From Candidatus Dormiibacterota bacterium (GTDB lineage Bacteria > Chloroflexota > Dormibacteria > Aeolococcales > Aeolococcaceae): DNA of 64,000 nucleotides. Under the pieces are notes generated by a model. That model was given only the letters and a program-made list of their open reading frames with translations, was not told where the DNA came from and ran no database searches. Positions within the stretch are counted from its first letter, which is position 1. The number at the start of each line of letters is the position of its first letter. The translations under genes were made by a program, and so were the position numbers. The stretch is from positions 2,473-66,472 of the forward strand of contig CAWHLW010000005.1 of the NCBI GenBank assembly GCA_963830305.1, read 5' to 3'. Positions 55,754 through 64,000 of this stretch are shown here, piece by piece.

Positions 55754-56532
55754 ACGAGCGCACGCTGCCGCTCCTCGGACGACGGGTCCTCGTGACCCGG
55801 ACCCGCGAGCAGGCCGAGGGGCTCGTCGATCGGATCCATGAGGTGGGTGGGTCGGTGGCAGTGGTCCCGCTCATCGCCACTGTTCCGATTGCCGAACCCG
55901 ACGCCATCGCGCAGGTCGCCGCCGCGACCCTTGCGGCCCCGCCACCCCGGTGGGTCGCGTTCACCAGCGCGACCGCCGTGCGTCTTGTGGTCGGCGCAGC
56001 GGGAGCGTCGTCGCTGTCCGGGATGCTGGTGGCTGCAGTTGGGCCGGCGACCGCGGCGGCGCTCGAAGCCGGCGGCACGACGCCGGACCTGGTGGCGGAC
56101 GAGCGCGATGCGGACGGACTCGCGGCGGCGATGCTCGAGCGCGGCGTGACAGGCGCGACTGTGTGGATCCCCAGCGCTGAAGGAGCGCGCGTTGACCTCG
56201 CCGAACGGCTCCGTCGCGCCGGTGCGGCGGTCACCGTGCAACACATCTATCGGAGCGTCATGCCCGCATCCGCTCCCGAACTGCTCCGCGCCGCGTTTGC
56301 GGCTGGTGTCGACGCGGTCACGCTGACCAGCGGAAGCACAGCACGCAATCTCTCCCGGGCCATGGGGTCTGACGGAGTGCCAGCTTCCGCGGCGATCGTC
56401 TGCATCGGTGAGCAAACCGCGGCAGAGGCACGCGCCGTGGGACTCACTGTTCATTCGGTCGCCCCCGACGCGTCCGTCGAGGGGCTCGTCAGCGCGCTGA
56501 CGGAGTGCCTGAGCCCCCAGCCGTTACGCTGA
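55750..56532 (+). CDS. hemD: uroporphyrinogen-III synthase
   Basis: ATG overlaps the hemC stop (ATGA). MNERTLPLLGRRVLVTRTREQAEGL...AFTSATAVR is typical of the HemD fold. Confidence 0.85.
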   Translation: MNERTLPLLGRRVLVTRTREQAEGLVDRIHEVGGSVAVVPLIATVPIAEPDAIAQVAAATLAAPPPRWVAFTSATAVRLVVGAAGASSLSGMLVAAVGPATAAALEAGGTTPDLVADERDADGLAAAMLERGVTGATVWIPSAEGARVDLAERLRRAGAAVTVQHIYRSVMPASAPELLRAAFAAGVDAVTLTSGSTARNLSRAMGSDGVPASAAIVCIGEQTAAEARAVGLTVHSVAPDASVEGLVSALTECLSPQPLR

Positions 56533-56539
56533 TCGCGAT

Positions 56540-57529
56540 ATGGGATTTCCCGCCGAACGACCCCGCCGGCTCCGCCGCACCGCGGCACTCCGCCGTCTGG
56601 CGCGCGAGTCGAGGCTCAGCGCGGGCCAGCTGATTCACCCGGCGTTCATTCGCGAAGGGCTGCAATCCCCGCAGCCGATCGGCTCGATGCCCGGTCAGAG
56701 CCACGAGAGCATCGATTCGCTGTGCACGACGGTGGAAGAGGCGATCGGTCTGGGCCTTGGCGGCGTGCTCCTTTTCGGACTTCCAGCCGCCAAGGATGCG
56801 CAGGGCTCGGGCGCGTTTGCCGATGATGGCGTCGTCCAGCAGTCGATCCGGGCGCTGCGCGAACGCTTTGGGGACACGTGCGTCGTGATCGCCGACTGCT
56901 GCCTCTGCGAGTACACCGACCACGGCCACTGTGGATTCCTGCTCGAAAGCGGCGAGGTCGACAATGACGCGACCCTCGAGCTGTACGCGCGCACCGCGGT
57001 GAGCCAGGCTGCGGCTGGAGCCGACATCATCGCGCCGAGCGGGATGATGGATGGACAGGTTGGCGCAATCCGCGAGGCGCTGGACGCGTCGGGATTCACC
57101 GACACCGCGATCCTCGCGTACAGCGCGAAGTTCGCCACGGTGTTGTACGGACCCTTCCGTGACGCTGCAGAGTGCGCGCCCAGGTCCGGCGACCGCCGCT
57201 CATACCAGATGGACCCGGCCAATCAGCGCGAGGCGGTCCGCGAAGCGATCCTCGACGTCGAGGAAGGAGCCGACATGGTCATGGTCAAGCCGGCACTCAC
57301 GTACCTGGACGTGGTCGCGCGTGTGCGCGACGCAACCGATCTTCCCGTGGCCGCGTACTGCGTGAGTGGCGAGTTCGCGATGCTCCACCATGCCGCAGCC
57401 GCAGGCGCCTTCGACGAACGCAGCGCCATCCTCGAAGCCCTGGGCGGCATCCGCCGCGCCGGTGCCGACATGATCATCACCTACGACGCGCGGGCCGCAG
57501 CGCGCTGGCTTGCGGAATCCAAGGAGTGA
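56540..57529 (+). CDS. hemB: porphobilinogen synthase (delta-aminolevulinate dehydratase)
   Basis: 329 aa. RPRRLRR, Cys-rich metal site DCCLCEYTDHGHCG, and SAKFAT / MVKPA Schiff-base lysine regions. Confidence 0.9.
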   Translation: MGFPAERPRRLRRTAALRRLARESRLSAGQLIHPAFIREGLQSPQPIGSMPGQSHESIDSLCTTVEEAIGLGLGGVLLFGLPAAKDAQGSGAFADDGVVQQSIRALRERFGDTCVVIADCCLCEYTDHGHCGFLLESGEVDNDATLELYARTAVSQAAAGADIIAPSGMMDGQVGAIREALDASGFTDTAILAYSAKFATVLYGPFRDAAECAPRSGDRRSYQMDPANQREAVREAILDVEEGADMVMVKPALTYLDVVARVRDATDLPVAAYCVSGEFAMLHHAAAAGAFDERSAILEALGGIRRAGADMIITYDARAAARWLAESKE

Positions 57530-57604
57530 AACTGATGCAGGGAAGCAATTCATGGCGAGAGGCTCAATTGACGCAAGCAAATCAATGCATGCACGACTCC
57601 ATTC

Positions 57605-58402
57605 ATGAGTGATCCGTCCGGCGGCAGGCGCCGCCTTCCCCTGGTGCTCGGATCAGGAGCGGTGGTGGTGATCGCAGTGGTTGCCATCGCAATCGGCGTG
57701 AACGGCGCAAGCTCACCGCTCCCGGCGCTGCCCACGCCGACACCCACCGCCCCGGTGCCGACCCCGACACCGAGCGCCTCCGCGACCCCGGCCCCCACCG
57801 CCGGTGCCACGATCGCATTTGCAAATTGCGCCACGGCGAAATTCGGACCGGTGCTCGCCTCGATCAACCCGCCGGCCAGCGTCCACAGCTACAGCGCGGC
57901 GCCGGCGATGACCATCGACACCGCAAAGCTCTACCAGGCGACCATCGCGACTGCGAAAGGCAACATCGTCCTCTGCCTGCAGCCGGATCTCGCGCCGAAC
58001 ACGGTCAACGTCTTCGTGACCCTGGCGCGGAACCACTACTACGACGGCATCCCGTTCCATCGCGTGGTGGCGAGCTTCGTCATCCAGGGTGGTGACCCGC
58101 AATGCATCGGCGCTGTTCCGGTCGCGCCGGCGACGCCTTCCGGCGAGTGCGGCAGCGGAGGACCGGGGTTCCAGTTCAATGACGAGACCGTCCACGAGCA
58201 GTACGTCGAAGGTGCGGTGGCGATGGCGAACAGCGGGGCCAACTCCAACGGCTCGCAGTTCTTCATCTGCACGGCCGACGACTCATCGACGCTGACACCT
58301 TCTTACAACCTCTTCGGAAAGGTCGAGAGCGGTTTGAGCGTCGCCCTGGCGATCGCCCAGGGGGATGTCATGAAATCGATCACCGTGAAAGAGCAGACCT
58401 AG
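57605..58402 (+). CDS. membrane-anchored cyclophilin-type peptidylprolyl isomerase
   Basis: 265 aa. N-terminal TM, then a Pro/Thr/Ala linker, then FHRVVASFVIQGGDP ... MANSGANSNGSQFFI. Confidence 0.9.
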   Translation: MSDPSGGRRRLPLVLGSGAVVVIAVVAIAIGVNGASSPLPALPTPTPTAPVPTPTPSASATPAPTAGATIAFANCATAKFGPVLASINPPASVHSYSAAPAMTIDTAKLYQATIATAKGNIVLCLQPDLAPNTVNVFVTLARNHYYDGIPFHRVVASFVIQGGDPQCIGAVPVAPATPSGECGSGGPGFQFNDETVHEQYVEGAVAMANSGANSNGSQFFICTADDSSTLTPSYNLFGKVESGLSVALAIAQGDVMKSITVKEQT

Positions 58403-58406
58403 CGCC

Positions 58407-59700
58407 ATGAAGGACAGCAACGCCCGGGCGCTGCGCGCGCGCGCCGAGCGTGTGCTTCCTGGGGGCGTCGACAGCCCCGTGCGCGCTTACCGCGCCGTTC
58501 CTGGCGTGCCGCCGCACATCGTCGCGGCCGAGGGCGCCCACGTTGTCGACGCCGACGGCAATGAGTTCATCGATTACGTGCTCGCCTACGGGCCGCACAT
58601 CCTCGGTCACCAGCCACCCCGGGTCGTCGCGGCGATCCGTGCCCAGCTCGATCGGGGCATCGCATATGGCCACACAGTCGAGCTCGAGGTCGAGCTGGCA
58701 GAGCGGATCGTCGACGCGGTCGATTCGGTGGAGATGGTGCGTTTCGTCACCTCTGGCACCGAGGCCGCCATGTCCGCGATGCGCCTGGCCCGCGCAGCCA
58801 CGGGACGGGACCGGATCGTGAAGTTCGCAGGCGGATACCACGGCCACGCCGATGCGCTCCTCGCCGAGTTGGGATCGGGGATCGCGACCCTCGGGATTCC
58901 AGGCTCACCCGGAGTTCCCGGCTGCGGCGGTGGCCGGCACGGTCGTGCTCCCCTACAACGACCTCCATGCCATCCTCGACCTCTTCGAGCGCGAGGGCGA
59001 TCAGATCGCCGCAGTGGTCGTGGAGCCGGTCGCCGGCAACATGGGGTGCATCCCTGCCGAGCCGGGGTTTCTGGACGGACTTCGCGACTGCACATCCAAA
59101 TGGGGTGCTTTGCTCGTATTCGATGAAGTGATGACCGGATTCCGCGTGGCCTACGGCGGCGCTCAGACCCTTTACGGGGTTCGTCCCGATCTCAGCCTCT
59201 TCGGCAAGGTGATCGGTGGTGGGCTCCCGGTGGGCGCGTACGGCGGCCGTCGCGACCTCATGGAGCAGATCGCCCCGTCGGGTCCCGTCTACCAGGCGGG
59301 GACGCTTTCCGGCAGCCCGCTGGCGATGGCTGCCGGGATCGCGGCGCTCGACGTCCTTCGCGAGAACCCCGCGCTCTACGAGCGCCTGGAGCGACTCGGG
59401 CAGCGCCTCGAAACAGGATTCAAGACGGTCGCGGCCGAGGCGACCATGCCCTTCGCCGTCGGTCGCGTCGGCAGCATGATCACGCCGTTCATCGGGATCG
59501 ACGAGGCCCGCAGCTTCGACGACGTGAAGCTGGCAGACCGGGAGCGATTCGGGCGCATCCACGCGGCGTGGCTGGACGACGGGGTCCTCTGGCCACCCTC
59601 TCAATTCGAGACCGCGTTTCTTTCGACGACACACTCGGATGAGGACGTGGATAGGACGGTCGAATCGTTCGCCCGCACCCTGTCTTCGGTCTCAGTCTGA
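58407..59700 (+). pseudogene. hemL: glutamate-1-semialdehyde 2,1-aminomutase, frameshifted as assembled
   Basis: N-terminal part (VLPGGVDSPVRAY...FVTSGTEAAMSAMRLARAATGRDRIVKFAGGYHGH...GIPGSPGVP) is in ORF 58407-59126. The remainder (AAAVAGTVVLPYNDL...FDEVMTGFR...FGKVIGGG...) is in ORF 58852-59700, the +1 frame. The junction is at GAGTTC, 58912-58917. Confidence 0.9.
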
Positions 59701-59742
59701 TCTCAGGGGCCGTAAAAAAATGGTGCTAAACTGGAGGCTGTC

Positions 59743-60040
59743 ATGGGATTCATAGGCGGACATCTGCCGGAACTCATCATCGTGCTGGTGGTGATCCTGA
59801 TCATCTGGGGGCCGGGCAAACTTCCCGACATCGGCGCGGGTATCGGCAAGGGCATCCGCGAGTTTCGCAAGGCTTCGACCGAGAACTCACGACACGGTGA
59901 TGGGAACCACCACCACCCCGGCGCAGCCGGCTCCGGTCGTGCAGGTCGTCGCTGCGCCTGCTCCGGCCCCGGCACAGCCCGCGGAGCCCGTGACTGTCGC
60001 GGCCGACGCGACGACACACCAGCCCTCAGTTTCTGGCTGA
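59743..60040 (+). pseudogene. tatA: twin-arginine translocase TatA/E family subunit, frameshifted in its C-terminal tail as assembled
   Basis: [45 protein letters not shown] is intact. After GAACTC (59883-59888) the listed frame becomes Arg-rich. The +1 frame reads [53 protein letters not shown] and stops at 60038-60040. Confidence 0.8.
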
Positions 60041-60078
60041 CGCGCCGCTCAGGCGCGCGCTGACCGGAGGCACGTAAG

Positions 60079-60831
60079 GTGCAGGGAGTGGCTGGCGACG
60101 ACGAACGGCGGATGACGATCGTCCAGCACCTCGAGGAGTTGCGGCGCGTCCTCATCTGGGTGATGGCTGCCTGGGTCGTCGGAACGACGGTCGCGTTCAT
60201 CTTCAACGGCTTCTTCATCGGGATCCTGCTGCACCCGCTGACCACCGTCCTGAAGAACTCGCACAGCATCATCCCGGGTGACGCTGCCATCTACACCAGC
60301 CCCACCGAGGGGCTCACGGTTCCCTTGAAGGTCTCGGCTGTCGTCGGCCTGATCATCGCGTTGCCGGTCGTGCTCTGGCAGGTCTGGAACTTCGTGTCCC
60401 CCGGACTGCGCCCGAAGGAGCGGAAATTCGTCGGGCCCTTTATCGCGAGCGCGCTGGTGCTGTTCGCCGGCGGCGCGGCATTCGCATATTTCGTGATGCC
60501 CATCGGGCTCAACTTCCTGACCAATTTCCTCAACGGGCACGCGGTGTACTTCCCCGACATCAACTCGTACATCGGGTTCTTCCTGATCATCGTGTTCATC
60601 TTCGGGATCACGTTCGAGATGCCGATTGTGCTCGTGCTCCTCGGTCTGCTCGGCTTCGTCTCGTCGAAAAAGCTCAAGGGCTGGCGAAAGATCGCGTACG
60701 TCGCGATCATCATCGTGTCGCTGGTGATCACGCCTGGTGCGGACCCATTCACACCGACGCTGCTGGCGATCCCGCTGCTGCTGCTCTATGAGGTGTCGAT
60801 CATCGTGCTGCAGCGCATCTTCCGGCGCTGA
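60079..60831 (+). CDS. tatC: twin-arginine translocase subunit TatC
   Basis: 250 aa. GTG lies 8 nt after [17 protein letters not shown], six TM segments, and conserved PGL/FEMP regions. Confidence 0.9.
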   Translation: MQGVAGDDERRMTIVQHLEELRRVLIWVMAAWVVGTTVAFIFNGFFIGILLHPLTTVLKNSHSIIPGDAAIYTSPTEGLTVPLKVSAVVGLIIALPVVLWQVWNFVSPGLRPKERKFVGPFIASALVLFAGGAAFAYFVMPIGLNFLTNFLNGHAVYFPDINSYIGFFLIIVFIFGITFEMPIVLVLLGLLGFVSSKKLKGWRKIAYVAIIIVSLVITPGADPFTPTLLAIPLLLLYEVSIIVLQRIFRR

Positions 60832-60860
60832 GATGCGGGCCGACCGATACACTCGGCCCA

Positions 60861-61583
60861 ATGCGCCCAGATGAACGTGCCCCCGATCAGCTCCGCCCGA
60901 CAACGATCGAACTGCATCCATTGCCGTACGCCGAGGGCAGCGCGCTCATCACCATGGGAGACACGCGGGTGCTCTGTGCCGCGTCGGTCGAGGAGCGCGT
61001 CCCGCCATTCCGGAAGGGCAGCGGTCGCGGCTGGGTGACCGCCGAGTACGCGATGCTGCCGCGCAGCACCCAGACGCGGTCGGAACGCGACGGCCGCAAG
61101 GGGCGAGTGGATGGCCGCGTGCAGGAGATCCAGCGCCTGATCGGGCGCAGCCTGCGGGCAGCAGTGGACTTCGAGGCGCTCGGCGAACGCAGCATCCTGA
61201 TCGATTGCGACGTCATCGTCGCCGACGGCGGAACCCGCACGGCGTCGATCACCGGCGGGTATGTCGCCCTCGCGCTGGCCGTCGCCAGACTTCGCGATGC
61301 TCGGGTGCTTCGCTCGGACCCCCTGCGCTGGCCGGTCGCCGCCGTGAGCGCCGGCATCGTGGCCGGCGAGCCGCGCCTCGACCTCTGCTATCTCGAGGAC
61401 TCGGCGGCCGAGACCGACATGAACTGTGTCGGATCCCTCGATGGCCGGTTCATCGAGTTGCAGGGGTCGGCCGAGCAGGAGCCCTTCTCGCGTCACGAGC
61501 TCGATTCCCTCCTCAGGCTCGCGGATTCCGGGCTCCAGGAGCTCTTCGCCCTCCAGGCCGAGGTGTTGAGCGCGGGGAAGTGA
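60861..61583 (+). CDS. rph: ribonuclease PH
   Basis: 240 aa. [26 protein letters not shown] and [13 protein letters not shown]. Confidence 0.9.
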   Translation: MRPDERAPDQLRPTTIELHPLPYAEGSALITMGDTRVLCAASVEERVPPFRKGSGRGWVTAEYAMLPRSTQTRSERDGRKGRVDGRVQEIQRLIGRSLRAAVDFEALGERSILIDCDVIVADGGTRTASITGGYVALALAVARLRDARVLRSDPLRWPVAAVSAGIVAGEPRLDLCYLEDSAAETDMNCVGSLDGRFIELQGSAEQEPFSRHELDSLLRLADSGLQELFALQAEVLSAGK

Positions 61584-61587
61584 GCGG

Positions 61588-62190
61588 GTGATCCTCGTCC
61601 TGGCAACGCGCAACCCCGGCAAGCTCCGCGAGCTCAAGATCCTGCTCAGCGCCTGGACTCTGGACCTCCGATCGCTCGACGACATCGGCTTCAAAGGCGT
61701 GCTCGAGGAGCCCGGTCCCGGCTACACGGAAAACGCCCTCGCCAAGGCGGTGGCGGTCTGCACAGCGACGGACCTGCCGGCGCTCGCAGACGACAGCGGC
61801 ATCGAGATTGACGCGTTGCGCGGCTGGCCAGGGCCGCTCTCGGCGCGCTGGATGGGAGACGAGGCAACTGACGAGGACCGGCTGTTGGGGCTGATTGCCG
61901 ATGTTGAGCGCCGGACGCCGAACGACCGCCGCGCGCGCTATGTCTGCGTGGCCGCCCTCGCCCGGCCCGAGGCGGAGCCGGTCACCGCCCACGGCGAGTG
62001 CCTCGGCTCGATCGTGTCGCCTCCTCGCGGCACCAACGGCTTCGGCTACGACCCGGGATTTCTCTCCCTGGATCTCGGCGTCACCTTCGCTCAAGCCCCG
62101 GATGAAGACAAGGCTCGCGTATCGCATCGGGCGCGCGCGATCGCCCGGCTCGGTGCATCGGGGGTGTTCGAACCGCCCGGGTTCGCCTGA
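61588..62190 (+). CDS. rdgB: non-canonical purine NTP pyrophosphatase (RdgB/HAM1 family)
   Basis: 200 aa. LATRNPGKLRE, ADDSGIEIDAL, GFGYDP and SHRA. Confidence 0.9.
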   Translation: MILVLATRNPGKLRELKILLSAWTLDLRSLDDIGFKGVLEEPGPGYTENALAKAVAVCTATDLPALADDSGIEIDALRGWPGPLSARWMGDEATDEDRLLGLIADVERRTPNDRRARYVCVAALARPEAEPVTAHGECLGSIVSPPRGTNGFGYDPGFLSLDLGVTFAQAPDEDKARVSHRARAIARLGASGVFEPPGFA

Positions 62191-62193
62191 AGT

Positions 62194-62874
62194 TCAGCCG
62201 GCCGGGATCGAGGCGCCGGTCACCGCCGCGGCGGCGTCGGAGAGCAGCCACTCGATGACGGCGGCAACCGAGTCCGTGCTGACCCATGACGATCGGTGCG
62301 CCTTCGGCATCGACTCGCGATTCCCGGGCGTGTCCATGGTGCCCGGGAGTACCGCATTGACCGTGATCCCATGGCCCTGGAGCTCTGCCGCCATGACCTG
62401 GGAGAGCTTGAGGACCGCCACTTTGCTCACCTGGTAGGCAGCCTGACCGCGGGCCACGGCCACCGCCGCCTGCGACGCGACAATCACGATCCTGCCGCCC
62501 GTACCGCCGGCGACCATGGACGCTGCCGCCGCGCGTGCCAGCCGCCACGGTCCGAGCAGGTTGGCTGCGATCTGGCCTTCGATGACGGCATCCTCGACCT
62601 CGTGAGCCCGGCCGCCGGCGTACCCGCCTGACGCGCTCACCATGCCCTCCCAAGCGCCCATGGCCTCGACATCGATCCGCAGTCTCGCAACGGAGTCAGC
62701 ATCATCGAGGTCGCACTCGACCTCGGTGACTCCCTCGAGCTGCGCCGTCCGGCCCGGATGCCGGGTGGGGACCACGATGCGCCGGCCTGCCGCTGCCAGA
62801 CGGCGCACGACTGCGGTACCGAGGGCGCCACCGCCGCCACCAACAACGGTGACCCCACCTTGTCGAACAACCAC
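62194..62874 (-). CDS. SDR family oxidoreductase
   Basis: I chose the GTG after AAGGA (VVVRQGGVTVVGGGGGALG). Active-site YQVSK and PGTMDTP. Confidence 0.8.
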   Translation of the reverse strand: MVVRQGGVTVVGGGGGALGTAVVRRLAAAGRRIVVPTRHPGRTAQLEGVTEVECDLDDADSVARLRIDVEAMGAWEGMVSASGGYAGGRAHEVEDAVIEGQIAANLLGPWRLARAAAASMVAGGTGGRIVIVASQAAVAVARGQAAYQVSKVAVLKLSQVMAAELQGHGITVNAVLPGTMDTPGNRESMPKAHRSSWVSTDSVAAVIEWLLSDAAAAVTGASIPAG

Positions 62875-62885
62875 AATATTTCCTT

Positions 62886-63696
62886 GTGGACCGAGGGACC
62901 GAGCCGACGTTCCAGCCACGGGCAGTGGCTCGCGCCGTGGCGGCCATCATCGCGCTCCTGGCCGCCGGACTGGCGGGATTCCTCATCGCAAACCAGGTCG
63001 CGCAGGTCAACCCGAGCAAGGTTTCGCCGATCAGGCTTCCGCCGGTGAAGGCTCCGAACTCCATCACCACCGCTCCTCACCGACATCGGCCGCGACGACC
63101 TTGCCAGCGTGGTGACCGTTGAGGCCGAGCTCGAGAGTGGCGCCGAGGAGTCGCTGGGGACCGGTTGGATCTTTGACAGCCTCGGTGACGTGGTCACCAA
63201 CGCGCACGTGATCAACGGCGACGACACACTTCGCGTGAGTGATCGCACCGGTCACACCTACGTCGCCCGCCTCATTCAGAGCAGCGAGAGCAGCGACCTG
63301 GCGCTGCTGCGCGTGACCGGGACGCTCACCGGAACACCCTTGCCGATCGACGGTCGAACCCTCAGCGGAGTCCCTGCCTCGGTCCTCACGCTGGCTTCCA
63401 GCCGGGCCACAGGACACGCGGACATGACCGCGGAGACGCTCATCGGCCTGGACGACGACGTTCCCCTTCAGGGAAGCGGTATCGAGGCCGGCCAGTCGCT
63501 GCCCCAGGAGTACGACGACATGCTCCACCTCCAGGGAGCTCGCATCTACGAGGGCAACAGCGGTGGTCCGGTGCTCGACGCCGCGGGGCAGGTGATCGGG
63601 ATCATCACCCTGGCAAGCCCCTCAACCGCGAACTCATATGCGATCCCGATCAGCCGCGTGCTCTCCACGCTGCGTCAATGGGTTGCGGCCGGATGA
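62886..63696 (+). pseudogene. membrane-anchored trypsin-like (S1/HtrA-type) serine protease, frameshifted as assembled
   Basis: The TM anchor VARAVAAIIALLAAGLAGFLIA is in ORF 62886-63122. The protease domain (GTGWIFD...VVTNAHV...SDLALLRV...GNSGGPVLD) is in ORF 63109-63696, the +1 frame. The junction is at GAACTC, 63055-63060. The exact start (62886 or a GTG near 62922) is uncertain. Confidence 0.8.
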
Positions 63697-63768
63697 ATCC
63701 AGCCCGCATTGGGTATCGTCATCACTGACGGGACGTACAGACGTACCCCGAGGAGTGCAACAACCACC

Positions 63769-64000
63769 GTGCCCACACACGAATTCGACATCGCGATCAT
63801 CGGCGGCGGTCCCGCGGGCCTCACGGCTGCGCTCTACGCCGGTCGCAACCGCGAGCGTGCAGTCCTCCTCGAAGGCAAGGCTCCCGGTGGCCAGCTCCTG
63901 AATACCGAACTCATCGAGGACTACCCCGGCTTTCTCTCCATCCTCGGCGGCGAGCTCGCCATCGTCATGGAGGAGCAGGCTGCTCACTTCGGCACTCAGC
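63769..64000 (+). CDS. trxB: thioredoxin-disulfide reductase, 5' partial (runs off window)
   Basis: The frame is open to the window end. VPTHEFDIAIIGGGPAGLTAALYAGRNRERAVLLEGKAPGGQLLNTELIEDYPGF. Confidence 0.85.
   Translation, partial: MPTHEFDIAIIGGGPAGLTAALYAGRNRERAVLLEGKAPGGQLLNTELIEDYPGFLSILGGELAIVMEEQAAHFGTQ

Overview
GC-rich bacterial chromosomal segment. Gene content looks Actinomycetota- or Chloroflexota-like, but taxonomy cannot be fixed from this window. It is densely coding, with many 4-nt ATGA/GTGA start/stop overlaps. I found no rRNA, CRISPR array, transposase or integrase. There are two tRNAs: tRNA-Cys(GCA) at 22981-23054 (-) and tRNA-Leu(UAA) at 29598-29685 (+). Main blocks, in order: (1) a type III polyketide synthase at the left edge; (2) a gamma-glutamyl-amine (Puu/GlnA3-4-like) catabolic locus at 2.0-8.0 kb; (3) a TPP enzyme, FAD oxidase and crotonase group; (4) a DUF1800-DUF1501-secreted protein-ApbE-ferric-reductase-like operon; (5) NfeD/SPFH, rarA and an orphan LuxR-type response regulator; (6) a large zinc-ribbon/adenylate-cyclase/AAA/TPR signalling protein; (7) a decayed accessory patch next to tRNA-Leu; (8) a second amine-catabolic locus at 34.4-42.3 kb with a MerR-XRE-cupin regulator; (9) an ECF-sigma/Rieske/DUF4331 operon; (10) murI and a polyprenyl synthase; (11) a hemACDB-PPIase-hemL-tatAC-rph-rdgB housekeeping run; (12) the 5' part of trxB at the right edge. 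The most striking observation is at the sequence level. Eight genes are interrupted by a +1 (single extra base) frameshift. Seven of those lie exactly at the hexamer GAACTC/GAGTTC, and deleting one A (T on the other strand) restores a conserved full-length protein. The corrected core is GACTC/GAGTC, a GANTC-class adenine-methylation target. This points to a motif-linked systematic consensus error or a site-specific mutational hotspot, not independent pseudogenisation. All coordinates were hand-counted from the printed sequence and the ORF track, so sub-ORF positions may be off by 1-2 nt.
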